Of a DNA stretch of 64,000 nt, positions 19,455 to 27,473 are shown piece after piece. Position 1 is the stretch's first letter; each line of letters opens with the position of its first letter. The DNA lies in contig JACPOW010000010.1 of the NCBI GenBank assembly GCA_016191335.1, positions 34,469 to 98,468 on the forward strand, given 5' to 3'. Source of the stretch: Elusimicrobiota bacterium. GTDB lineage: Bacteria; Elusimicrobiota; Elusimicrobia; UBA1565; UBA9628. The notes under the pieces were generated by a model. It was not told the origin of the DNA, did not search any database, and saw nothing but the letters and a program-made list of their open reading frames with translations. The position numbers were made by a program, and so were the translations under genes.

Positions 19455-19921
19455 GCCAGCTTCAGGACGAACTCGTCGTACTTCTCGCCGGCGGCGTTGG
19501 AGAACTTGTCCTCGCCGATCACCGAAAACCCGTTCTTCTTCACGACCTGAAGGGACGCGGCGTTGTGCTTCGCCACCCGCGCGAACAAGGGGCGGAACTT
19601 GTATTCCTTCAGGAAGGTCTTCAGCGCCCTCGTGGCCACGCCCTGGCCCCAATGCTCGCGGGCGATCCAGTAGCCCACCTCGCGGTCGGGGCGCACGCGG
19701 ACGAAGCACACGAGGTAGCCGGCCACCGCGCCGTCGAGCAGGATCATCTTCTTCTCGACGCCCGCATCCTTCAATATCTTGCGCCAGTGCTTCACGAAGT
19801 CCGGGCGGCTGCGGGGCACGAACCCGGCCAGGCGGTTGGCCTCCGGATCCGATTGCATCTTGTACAGCGCGGGGATGTCGGCGGCTTTCGCGTCGCGGAG
19901 CGTCAGCGACCCTCGCGCCAC
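19451..19921 (-). CDS. GNAT-family N-acetyltransferase
   Basis: LTLRDAKAADIPALYKM...ILLDGAVAGYLVCF...WIAREHWGQGVATRALKTFL...ARVAKHNAASLQVVKKNGF is a GNAT fold with acetyl-CoA motif. Start set at GTG 19921; upstream ORF sequence is antisense-type junk. Start uncertain by a few codons. Confidence 0.6.
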   Translation of the reverse strand: MARGSLTLRDAKAADIPALYKMQSDPEANRLAGFVPRSRPDFVKHWRKILKDAGVEKKMILLDGAVAGYLVCFVRVRPDREVGYWIAREHWGQGVATRALKTFLKEYKFRPLFARVAKHNAASLQVVKKNGFSVIGEDKFSNAAGEKYDEFVLKLA

Positions 19922-21345
19922 TGCGGCTCCTGCTCGGTGTTGTACTGGCGCCGCGCGACCTTCGCCACCTCGGGCTTCAGGTAATCGAACGCGGCCTTCA
20001 TGTCCGCGCCTTTCTCCTTCAAGCCCTTGAGGAAGAAGTAGGTGAACAGGCCGTGGCCCTTCTCTTGATACGAGTTGCTGATCTGGTCGGCCGACGACGC
20101 GGCGATCACGGTGATCCCGGCCCCGGCCTCCGCGGTCTTCACAGAAACGAGGGGGCGCGCGCCTTTCGCCAGCACCGAGCGTCCGCCCGCGCCCGAGAAG
20201 CACGAGTCGAGCACGACGGTCACCTTCTTCGTCGGCAGCTTGCCGAGCGCGCTATACAGCTTCGCCAGCGGGTAGCCGGTCTCTTCCAGGTAGGTGGGAT
20301 CGCCGTCGTAGGGGACCAGGAAGGCGTCGCCGGTCGTCGCGTTGGGCGAGCCGTGGCCGGAGAAGTACACCAGGACCTCGTCGTCCTTCTCGACACGGTT
20401 GGGCAGCCACTTGTCGAAGTACTTGTCGAAGTCGCTTTTCGCGGCGGCATCATTGCTCAATACGACCACGTTCTCCTCGGGGTAGCCGAGGACCGCCGTG
20501 GCGTACTTGCCCATGAGGTTGGCGTCGCCCGCGGCGAAGTCCGCGATGGGGAGCTTGGTGCGATAGCGCTCGATGCCGATGATGACGGCATGTCCCTTTC
20601 TCTTACCGCGCGGCGAGGGCACCTGGTCCACATCCGACCAGCCGGCCACGGGGGGAGCGGGTTCCTCCACCACGGGGCGCGCCACGGGCGCCTGGGCGAT
20701 CGCGGCGGCGGGCCGGGCCTTGCCCAACTGCTCCCACGGGCGGTCCGCTTCCAGGACCTCGCCGAGCTTGCCGATGGCGTCGGTGAACGCGCCGCTCAGG
20801 GCCTGCTTGATGCCGTTGCCGGGGACGCCGCCGCCGCCGGCCGTGCCGATGCCGTGGCCGACGAGCTCGCCTTCCCACACGTCCACGTTGTTGGCGTCGC
20901 GCAAGGTCAGGGCGATGCGGATCTCGCCGTTCACGCGCACCATGAAGCCGGCGCCCCATTGGGCGTAGACCTTGGTGACCGTCGCTTTCAAAGTGGCTCC
21001 GGCGAGGTCCTTGCTCCGCGTCACGGGCCAGTTGACGCGTCCGAGCTCGGTGGCGAGGGCTTCGGTGACGGGTTCGGACCAGCGGACGCCGAGGGCGTAG
21101 CCGGTGGGGCCGCGGAATTCGCCGCCGCCGGATTCGTCGGAGACCTTGCCGAGCATGACGCGGGGGAGGCCGGCGGGGAGGCGGGCGCCGGGGGGGGTGG
21201 TGGGGAGGTAGGTGAAGGAGCCGGAGCCGGGGCGGGCGCCGGTCATGCTGGAGGACATGAGGCCGCCGCCGCCGGGTTGCTGGGCGGCGCAGGCGGGGAG
21301 GAGGAGGGGGGCGAGGGCGAGGATAGCGTAGGTGAGGAGTTTCAT
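19903..21345 (-). CDS. Lipoprotein with C-terminal caspase (peptidase C14) domain and an uncharacterised N-terminal domain
   Basis: Signal peptide with lipobox LLLPAC. C-terminal HAVIIGIERY...VYFSGHGSP (catalytic His)...VVLDSCFSGAG (catalytic Cys) is the caspase His/Cys dyad. Confidence 0.75.
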   Translation of the reverse strand: MKLLTYAILALAPLLLPACAAQQPGGGGLMSSSMTGARPGSGSFTYLPTTPPGARLPAGLPRVMLGKVSDESGGGEFRGPTGYALGVRWSEPVTEALATELGRVNWPVTRSKDLAGATLKATVTKVYAQWGAGFMVRVNGEIRIALTLRDANNVDVWEGELVGHGIGTAGGGGVPGNGIKQALSGAFTDAIGKLGEVLEADRPWEQLGKARPAAAIAQAPVARPVVEEPAPPVAGWSDVDQVPSPRGKRKGHAVIIGIERYRTKLPIADFAAGDANLMGKYATAVLGYPEENVVVLSNDAAAKSDFDKYFDKWLPNRVEKDDEVLVYFSGHGSPNATTGDAFLVPYDGDPTYLEETGYPLAKLYSALGKLPTKKVTVVLDSCFSGAGGRSVLAKGARPLVSVKTAEAGAGITVIAASSADQISNSYQEKGHGLFTYFFLKGLKEKGADMKAAFDYLKPEVAKVARRQYNTEQEPQWREGR

Positions 21346-21467
21346 CTGGAGGCCTCTCTAGGAGCGGCGGCTAAGGCAATACTACGATATCGACAGTCGG
21401 AGTGTCCCCATCACGCTCGCAACCCTTCGCGCGCGGGATCGCATGGCTGGCGCGCCCGCAGGCCACC

Positions 21468-22055
21468 TTAGTCGAGCCAGTCATGAAACGTCTCATCACC
21501 ATAAGACTGCGCGAAGTGGCTCAGCTCATAGATTTTCGCCAGCCTATAACTGTGCGCACACCACTTTACCGCCAACGCCGAAAGGTCATTCCCGCAACTC
21601 AAAGCCTCGGGCCGCTCAGGACCGCCGCCAAGCAACATCCCCGCGGTCATGCTCAAATCCTGGCACAAAGACATGCTTTCGAGCGAAAACGGATAACGCC
21701 GAAGGTTCTTCATATATGGCCTCGGCTCGCTCGTCGTTTTGGTGACAGCGTCGAAACACTTATATTTGATTTCCGTTTCCGCGAGCAAGCTCGTCACCTC
21801 CGCTGACGAGTAGAGCCCCCCATAACCGTTCTGCTTGACGCCTTTCTTGTGGACGAGAGCATCCAGGTCAGCGAGATTCTTTTTGAGAAAGAATCCTTCG
21901 TTAGCCACGACCGCGCCGATCAGGCTGGACGAACCTTTGTCGGAGATATAGTGCTTCACCAGCTTCGCATTCGTGGAAGGCTGCGATTCCGCCGTCGAGG
22001 AATTGAACGCGACCGAAAAAAGCAACATTACGCATACCACGGAAACTTTCTGCAT
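21468..22055 (-). CDS. Hypothetical secreted Cys-containing protein encoded in a low-GC (about 50%) islet
   Basis: 195 aa. Signal peptide MQKVSVVCVMLLFSVAFNSSTA. Codon usage and GC differ clearly from neighbours. Conserved-looking Cys residues (KYKCFD, SLCQDL, LSCGND, KWCAHS). Confidence 0.45.
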   Translation of the reverse strand: MQKVSVVCVMLLFSVAFNSSTAESQPSTNAKLVKHYISDKGSSSLIGAVVANEGFFLKKNLADLDALVHKKGVKQNGYGGLYSSAEVTSLLAETEIKYKCFDAVTKTTSEPRPYMKNLRRYPFSLESMSLCQDLSMTAGMLLGGGPERPEALSCGNDLSALAVKWCAHSYRLAKIYELSHFAQSYGDETFHDWLD

Positions 22056-22157
22056 GACGCCTCCGATGAATCGACGATTCAGACGAACGGATCACGACGG
22101 CCGCATGTTTTTCGTGCTGACTGGCATTCGGCTGACCAGTCCAACATCAGCCTATCA

Positions 22158-23174
22158 CTATTCCGGAAAAGCCAGGACCAGCTTGCCGACGGTGTCGCCG
22201 GCCTCGAGCTCCCGGTGCGCGTCCGCGACGCGCTCGATAGGGAACTCCTTCACCGGCGCCTTCTTGAGCAGCCCCTTGTTCAGCCACCCCGCAATCGCAT
22301 CGAACCCATCGCGAGCCAGCTCCGCCTTATCCGTGAGGAACACCACATTGAACCCCATCACCGCACGGTTCGTCGCCGTCATCTCCAGGGGGGAGAACCG
22401 CGGGATCCGCAGCCAGTTCCAAGCGAGCGACAGCGAAGACGGCCGTTTGCCCCGCGGGAACATCTCCGCGAACCCGTAGATCACCAACCGCCCGCCCAGC
22501 CTGAGCCTCTTGAACCCCGGCCGCGGCGTCGTCACGCCGTTCGCGTCGAAGATGGCGTCGAACCCCTCGGGAGCCGCCTTGTCGATGTCCTTCCAGAGCG
22601 AAGGCCCGCGCACGACGACCGCATCAGCCCCATACGCGCGAGCGACCGCCGCCTTGGAAGCGGACCCCACGACCGCGATCGTCCTGCACCCCGCCAGCTT
22701 CGCCTGCTGAAGGAGCGCGGTGCCCACCCCGCCCGCGGCGGAGTGCACCAGCAAGGTCTCACCAGAAGCGACCTTGGCCACCTGATGAAGCGCGTGGTAC
22801 GCCGTGAAATGGACCGCGGGAACCCCCGCGCAATCGGCAAACGACCAATCCGGAGGCATCAACCGCAGACGCCCGGACATCACCACCTGAACCGAGGCGT
22901 AGCCCCCGAAGCGCGTGAACCCGAACACGCGATCCCCCGGCTTGAAGCCCCCGGCATGGTTGTCCACGACCCCCGCGAACTCAAACCCCGGAGTCAGAGG
23001 ATACTTGCCACGAGCCGCCTCATACCACCCCTCACGAACGATCGTATCGGCGTAGTTGATCCCCGCGGCGCGCACCCTTACCCGCACCTGCCCAGGGAGA
23101 GGAACCGGATCCGCTTCCTCGACGAGAGTCAGCGCCTCATGCCCGCCCGGACGCTTCACCACCACTCTCTTCAT
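22158..23174 (-). CDS. NADPH:quinone oxidoreductase / zinc-type alcohol dehydrogenase superfamily (MDR) protein
   Basis: GQVRVRVRAAGINYADTIVREG; GETLLVHSAAGGVGTALLQQAKLAGCRTIAVVGS (Rossmann GxGxxG); 338 aa. Confidence 0.85.
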   Translation of the reverse strand: MKRVVVKRPGGHEALTLVEEADPVPLPGQVRVRVRAAGINYADTIVREGWYEAARGKYPLTPGFEFAGVVDNHAGGFKPGDRVFGFTRFGGYASVQVVMSGRLRLMPPDWSFADCAGVPAVHFTAYHALHQVAKVASGETLLVHSAAGGVGTALLQQAKLAGCRTIAVVGSASKAAVARAYGADAVVVRGPSLWKDIDKAAPEGFDAIFDANGVTTPRPGFKRLRLGGRLVIYGFAEMFPRGKRPSSLSLAWNWLRIPRFSPLEMTATNRAVMGFNVVFLTDKAELARDGFDAIAGWLNKGLLKKAPVKEFPIERVADAHRELEAGDTVGKLVLAFPE

Positions 23175-23203
23175 GTCCCGGCATTAAAATATATAATCCC
23201 AAC

Positions 23204-23830
23204 ATGGGACAACAGGCAGGAATCAAGGAAATCCTCATCGCCGGCGGGCCGGTTCTTATATTCATGATCCTCCTGTCGATCTACTGCGTCGCCCTGATAT
23301 GGGAACGCTATAAGTTCTTCAAGAGAACCACCGGCGGAGCCGTCGAGTTCCTCGCCAAGATACGCGCCGCCGCCGAGAACGGCAAGCTCCCCGACGCCGC
23401 GGCCTTAGCCAAGAGCCACAAAGGCCTCGCGTCGGCGGTCGTCATGGCCACCTTGAGCGGACCCACGAACCGGGACGAGCGCAAACGCGCCGCGGAGCGG
23501 GCCTCCCAGCGCGCCGTCGCCGAGCTCGAGAAAGGAATTTCCACCTTGGGCACCATCGCCTCCGTCGCTCCCTTCATAGGCCTCTTCGGAACCGTGCTCG
23601 GCGTCATGCGCGCGTTCAAGGACCTGGCCAGCGCGGCGGGCGCCGGCCCCGGCCTGGTCGCCGTCGGTATTTCCGAGGCGCTGATCTGCACCGCCGCGGG
23701 TCTGCTCGTCGCCATCCCCGCCGTCGCCGCCTTCAACCACTTCAACCAGAAGATCTCCCAGTTCGAGAGCGAGCTGAGGTGGATGATCGACGAAGTGCTC
23801 GACGGCCTCGCCGAGAGGGCGCACCGCTAG
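23204..23830 (+). CDS. exbB: ExbB/TolQ/MotA-family proton channel
   Basis: GPVLIFMILLSIYCVALIWERY and LGTIASVAPFIGLFGTVLGVMRAF are ExbB/TolQ signatures. Followed by exbD and a TonB-like gene. Confidence 0.85.
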   Translation: MGQQAGIKEILIAGGPVLIFMILLSIYCVALIWERYKFFKRTTGGAVEFLAKIRAAAENGKLPDAAALAKSHKGLASAVVMATLSGPTNRDERKRAAERASQRAVAELEKGISTLGTIASVAPFIGLFGTVLGVMRAFKDLASAAGAGPGLVAVGISEALICTAAGLLVAIPAVAAFNHFNQKISQFESELRWMIDEVLDGLAERAHR

Positions 23831-23831
23831 G

Positions 23832-24251
23832 ATGCACGTCGAATCGAGCGGCCCCAAGCGCCGCCGCGTGTTCGCGGAAATGAACTTAGTGCCGTTGATC
23901 GATGTCTCACTGATCCTAGTGATCATCTTCATGGTTCTGACCCCCATCCTCGTCAATCACCAATTGACGGTGAAGCTGCCCAAGGCTTCCTCCGGGGCGC
24001 CCGCCGCCCAAGACTCGGCTATCACCATCCAGATCTCCAAGAACGGCGCCGTCACGATCGAAGGTGTGGCCGTGAAGTGGGAGAAGGTCGAGCGCGAGAT
24101 GACCTTGCGCTTGTCCAAAGCGTCGGGCAAGACCGTGCTCGTCCAGGCCGACCGCCTGACGCCCGTGGAGAAGGTCGTGATGGTGCTCGACTTCGCGAAG
24201 AAGCTCGGCGTGAGCAAGCTCGGCATCGGAGTCACCCCGGACGCGTCATGA
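23832..24251 (+). CDS. exbD: ExbD/TolR biopolymer transport protein
   Basis: MNLVPLIDVSLILVIIFMV TM helix, then periplasmic domain ITIQISKNGAVTIEG...VLVQADRLTPVEKVVMVLD. Confidence 0.85.
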   Translation: MHVESSGPKRRRVFAEMNLVPLIDVSLILVIIFMVLTPILVNHQLTVKLPKASSGAPAAQDSAITIQISKNGAVTIEGVAVKWEKVEREMTLRLSKASGKTVLVQADRLTPVEKVVMVLDFAKKLGVSKLGIGVTPDAS

Positions 24252-24952
24252 CCGGCGCGCTGAAGCCGTATCTCGCGCGGTCGACGGGCCTGCATGTGGC
24301 GTTCATGGTCGCGGCGGCGTTCTACGCGCCGAGCGCCCTGAAGAAGGCCGACAAGGTGTACATGATCGATTTCGTCGGCGGCCCCACGGCTCTCCAGTCC
24401 GCCGGCCCGACGGCCGCGGCCAAGACCGAGCCCGAGGCCGCGCCCGCGCGCCCCACTCAACAGGCGGAAGATCCGGATTCGTTCGCCACGAAGAAGCACC
24501 GCGCCATCGCGTTGCCGCGCCCGAGTCTTTTGTCCGGCTGGACCGACCGGAAGGCGCCGCCGAAGCCGTCGTTGTCGGGGGGGACGGAGCCGGCGATGAG
24601 CCAGGGAGCGGGGGCCGCGTCGGGGATGCCCGGCGACGCCGCGGGCATCTCGACCGACCTGCCCAATTTTCCCTATCCCTGGTACATCACCCAGGTGCGC
24701 CAGATGCTGTGGGTGTCGTGGAAGAAAAGGATGCCCGCCGCGTCGGGCGAGGGGACCGTGGTGTTCGCCATCGTGCGCAACGGGGCGTTCGTGGACCTGA
24801 GGATGGAGTCGAGCTCGGGAGACGCGGCGTTCGACGAGGCGGCGATGGAGGCGGTGCAGGCGGCGTCGCCGTTCCCGGCGCTGCCGAGCGATTTCGCGGA
24901 GCCGTTCTTGAAGATCCACCTGACCTTGAAGTCGGAGGCGTCATGGCGCTGA
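24248..24952 (+). CDS. TonB-family energy transducer (N-terminal TM, Pro/Ala-rich linker, TonB C-terminal domain)
   Basis: ATG at 24248 overlaps the exbD stop (ATGA). C-terminal NFPYPWYITQVRQMLWVSWKK...GTVVFAIVRNGAFVDLRMESSSGDAAFDEAAMEAVQAASPFPALP is a TonB_C fold. Confidence 0.7.
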   Translation: MTGALKPYLARSTGLHVAFMVAAAFYAPSALKKADKVYMIDFVGGPTALQSAGPTAAAKTEPEAAPARPTQQAEDPDSFATKKHRAIALPRPSLLSGWTDRKAPPKPSLSGGTEPAMSQGAGAASGMPGDAAGISTDLPNFPYPWYITQVRQMLWVSWKKRMPAASGEGTVVFAIVRNGAFVDLRMESSSGDAAFDEAAMEAVQAASPFPALPSDFAEPFLKIHLTLKSEASWR

Positions 24953-25326
24953 TCCGGGCTCTGATATTCGGCTTTCTGGCGTACGGGCTCCTCGTCGTGG
25001 GATACCCGGATTGGAAGGGGGAGATCTACCACATCGTGATGATCTCCGCGATCGCGGGCGGGGCGGTGGCGGTGTGGTTCCTGGACAAGATTTTGGACCT
25101 GGGCACCGGGACGGCGAAGGTCCTGCTTGAGCTGTCCTTCCCGATCGGGATCCTGCTGTTCGCCGGCTACACCATGCCGCAGAAGTCGGGCAAGCCCCCG
25201 CTGACGCAGTTCGCGCAGGGCGTGCGGCCCAACCGCGACACCGCGCGCAGGGGCTTCGACCGCCTGGGGGTCAACCCCAACGGCCCCGTGGCCTCGCGCG
25301 TCATCGGCCTGTTCCCGGCGCGCTGA
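24943..25326 (+). CDS. Small 2-TM membrane protein, hypothetical
   Basis: MALIRALIFGFLAYGLLVVGY... and SAIAGGAVAVWFL are hydrophobic helices. 8-nt overlap with the TonB stop. Confidence 0.4.
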   Translation: MALIRALIFGFLAYGLLVVGYPDWKGEIYHIVMISAIAGGAVAVWFLDKILDLGTGTAKVLLELSFPIGILLFAGYTMPQKSGKPPLTQFAQGVRPNRDTARRGFDRLGVNPNGPVASRVIGLFPAR

Positions 25327-25328
25327 GC

Positions 25329-25550
25329 TTAGCGCCGGCCCTTGTGCTTGCGCGCCGAGGGGCGCGGAGGCTTGGAGTCCCGGAGCGTGATGACGATGTT
25401 CCCGCTCGTGCGCCGGCGCAGCTCGTGCCACGCGTCGAACTGGTGGCGGGTCAGGCGGCCCTCGCGGATGGCCGCGACGATCTCCCGCCCGTCCACGGCG
25501 GCCTGACGCCGTCTGAGCTCCGGCTCGGTCACGGTCTTTCGGATCAACAT
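25329..25550 (-). CDS. Small basic hypothetical protein downstream of the histidine kinase
   Basis: 73-aa ORF. Plausible amino-acid composition, but no recognisable motifs. Confidence 0.25.
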   Translation of the reverse strand: MLIRKTVTEPELRRRQAAVDGREIVAAIREGRLTRHQFDAWHELRRRTSGNIVITLRDSKPPRPSARKHKGRR

Positions 25551-25560
25551 AAGCCCTCCC

Positions 25561-26862
25561 TTATGATCGTCCCGCTGTCTTGAGGTCCACCCAGAACCGG
25601 CTGCCCCGCCCGGGCGAGGAGTCCACGCCGCAGGACCCGCCCATGCGCTCCGCCGCGCGGCGCACGATGGCCAGGCCGATGCCGGTGCCGGGATACTCGT
25701 CCTCCGTGTGCAGGCGCTGGAACACCTCGAAGATCCGGCTCTGGTAGACCGGGGCCACGCCGATGCCGTCGTCCTCCACGATGAAGCGCACCCAGCCCTC
25801 GCGCGGCTCGGCGCGCACGCGGACCCAGGGCGGCACGCCCGCGGGCGTGAACTTCAGGGCGTTGGAGACGAGGTTGGAGAAGATCAAGGACAGCGGCCCG
25901 GGGTCGCCCATCACGACGGGCAGGGACGGCGCCACGTCGACGTGGGCCTTCGTCGCGCGGATGAGCGGGCCGAGCTCGGCGACCACCTGGGCGAGGACCG
26001 GCGAGGGGGCGACCGGGACCGGCGTTATCTCGTCGAGGGTCAGGCGGCTGAACTGGAGGAGGTCGGCGATGAGGTGGTCCATGCGCAGGGCGGCGGCCAT
26101 GATGCGGCCGGCGAAGCGCTTCGACTCGGGGTCGACGCGCTCCACGACGAACTCCGTGTAGCCGTGGATGTGGCGCAGGGGCGCGCGCAGGTCGTGGGCG
26201 ATCGAGTAGGCGAAGGAGTGGAGGTCCTTGACCGTCTGCTCGAGGCGGCAGGTGCGCTCGGCGACGAGGCGCTCCAGGTTCTCGCTGATGGCGCGCGCCT
26301 CCCTCTCGGAGTGCTCGGCGTGGCGGCGCAGGAGGCGCTCCCGGCGGCGGCCGTAGAAGCGGTCGAGGGCGACGGCGACCTGGTTGGCGGCGGTCTCGAG
26401 GAAGGCCCGGTCCTCGCCGTCGAAGGCGGCGGCGGCCTCGAGTTGGAGCACGCCGAAGGCCTGCTGGCCGCGAAGGGAGAGGGGGATGACGAAGGGCTCG
26501 ACGGGGGCTCCCGCCGCGACCGCCGGGCCGGGAAGGGGAGCGCGGTGACGCTCGAGGCCCGCCGTGGGCAGGCCGGTGACGCGCTCGAAGGCGGAGACGG
26601 CGCCGCGCTCGAGGGCGGCGAGGCGCTCGGGAAGGTCCGCCGCGGAGCGCCAGGCGAACAGGCGCGTGCGCGAGTCGCGGCTCTCGACCAGGACGGCGCT
26701 GCGCAGGGGGACGACCTCGGCGATGACGGCCAGCACGGCGGAGACCGTCGTCTCCACGCCCGTGATCGGGGACAGCAGCACCCACCCGATCTCGTACAGC
26801 GATTCGAGCCGCCGCGAGGCGGGCGGGAAGGTGCGCAGCGGAGGCTTGGCGTGCAGGGTCAC
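25561..26862 (-). CDS. Sensor histidine kinase with N-terminal GAF domain (cytoplasmic; no TM helices seen)
   Basis: GAF-like LESLYEIGWVLLSPI.... HisKA FAYSIAHDLRAPLRHIHGY. HATPase_c IFSNLVSNALKFTP...IVEDDGIGV...GTGIGLAIVRRAAERMGG. Start set at GTG 26862; the track start at 27015 would read through the tRNA-derived repeat and is rejected. Confidence 0.75.
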   Translation of the reverse strand: MTLHAKPPLRTFPPASRRLESLYEIGWVLLSPITGVETTVSAVLAVIAEVVPLRSAVLVESRDSRTRLFAWRSAADLPERLAALERGAVSAFERVTGLPTAGLERHRAPLPGPAVAAGAPVEPFVIPLSLRGQQAFGVLQLEAAAAFDGEDRAFLETAANQVAVALDRFYGRRRERLLRRHAEHSEREARAISENLERLVAERTCRLEQTVKDLHSFAYSIAHDLRAPLRHIHGYTEFVVERVDPESKRFAGRIMAAALRMDHLIADLLQFSRLTLDEITPVPVAPSPVLAQVVAELGPLIRATKAHVDVAPSLPVVMGDPGPLSLIFSNLVSNALKFTPAGVPPWVRVRAEPREGWVRFIVEDDGIGVAPVYQSRIFEVFQRLHTEDEYPGTGIGLAIVRRAAERMGGSCGVDSSPGRGSRFWVDLKTAGRS

Positions 26863-26962
26863 GGAAGGATTGTAGGATGGCCCGCGCCGGGATGGTGCTG
26901 TGGAGGTGTAAACATAAAGCGACGGTTGGCCGCATGTGCTAGAATCTTGCGTCGGGAACCCC

Positions 26963-27006
26963 TTTCTGGAGAGGTGGGTGAGCGGCTGAAACCGACGGTT
27001 TGCTAA
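26963..27006 (+). repeat. Left copy of a 44-bp direct repeat: 5 nt of upstream sequence plus the first 39 nt (to the anticodon loop) of tRNA-Ser(GCT). Putative att site of an integrated island.
   Basis: TTTCTGGAGAGGTGGGTGAGCGGCTGAAACCGACGGTTTGCTAA is identical at 26963-27006 and 30651-30694. The left copy diverges immediately after GCTAA. Confidence 0.6.
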
Positions 27007-27143
27007 TCCTAACACGCCTTTTTCGTCCCTCCGCAGTTCCGCTGCGTCCTACCGAGTGGAAATCAGTTTCTCGACGAGAAATCCCCCGATTTCTTAGCCG
27101 CCACCTTTTGCGAAGCGTTGCCGGGCTTTACCCGGTTTTGCCG

Positions 27144-27167
27144 AAAAGTGGTCACTTTTCTGGTCAC
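27144..27167. repeat. AAAAG-TGGTCAC-N5-TGGTCAC motif (two TGGTCAC boxes 12 bp apart) about 140 bp inside the left island end, just upstream of the TA promoter. A second copy sits at 30446-30464 near the right end.
   Basis: Left: AAAAGTGGTCACTTTTCTGGTCAC. Right: TGGTCACAAAAGTGGTCACTTT. Same orientation and spacing. Confidence 0.5.
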
Positions 27168-27193
27168 TTCTTTGAACTCCGAATCGCTCGACC

Positions 27194-27222
27194 TTGACAG
27201 TCGGCGTTATTACTATTATAAT
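27194..27222 (+). promoter_or_regulatory. Consensus sigma70 promoter TTGACA-N17-TATAAT driving the AbrB-type antitoxin and Doc toxin; SD GGAGG at 27236-27240
   Basis: TTGACA 27194-27199, 17-nt spacer, TATAAT 27217-27222, GGAGG, then ATG 27246. Confidence 0.5.
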
Positions 27223-27245
27223 AACACAGTACTAACGGAGGTCGT

Positions 27246-27473
27246 ATGTTCAAATTCCTTACCAAGGTTGGGAACAGCGAGGCGGTCGTCATCGACAAGG
27301 CCATTCTTTCGCTTCTCAAGATCACGAAGAACACCCCTTTGGAGATCACTACCGATGGGAAGAATCTCGTCATCTCGCCGGTCTCCGATCCCAAGAAAGC
27401 CCAAGAAGTGAAGAAGGCCTTCCAGTCCGTCAAGAAACGGTTTGGGCGCGCGTTAAAGAATCTGGCGAGTTAA
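27246..27473 (+). CDS. AbrB/MazE/SpoVT-fold antitoxin (cognate to Doc)
   Basis: 75 aa. MFKFLTKVGNSEAVVIDKAILSLLKITKNTPLEITTDGKNLVISPV is a swapped-hairpin AbrB-like fold. Stop TAA sits immediately before the Doc GTG start. Confidence 0.65.
   Translation: MFKFLTKVGNSEAVVIDKAILSLLKITKNTPLEITTDGKNLVISPVSDPKKAQEVKKAFQSVKKRFGRALKNLAS

Noticed and set aside
19387-21471. 694-aa plus-strand ORF antisense to the GNAT and caspase-lipoprotein genes
   Set aside because: Arg/Pro/Gly/Ala-rich junk. The opposite strand encodes clear GNAT and peptidase C14 motifs.
23181-23197. Fur box in the AT-rich exbB promoter
   Set aside because: ATTAAAATATATAAT has only weak resemblance to GATAATGATAATCATTATC, and no dyad symmetry beyond AT-richness. 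Left as an open possibility, not annotated.
26863-27015. N-terminal extension of the histidine-kinase ORF to the track start at 27015
   Set aside because: The extension would be translated from the antisense of the tRNA-Ser fragment and att repeat, and has no kinase features. A GTG at 26862 just upstream of the GAF domain is a more plausible start.
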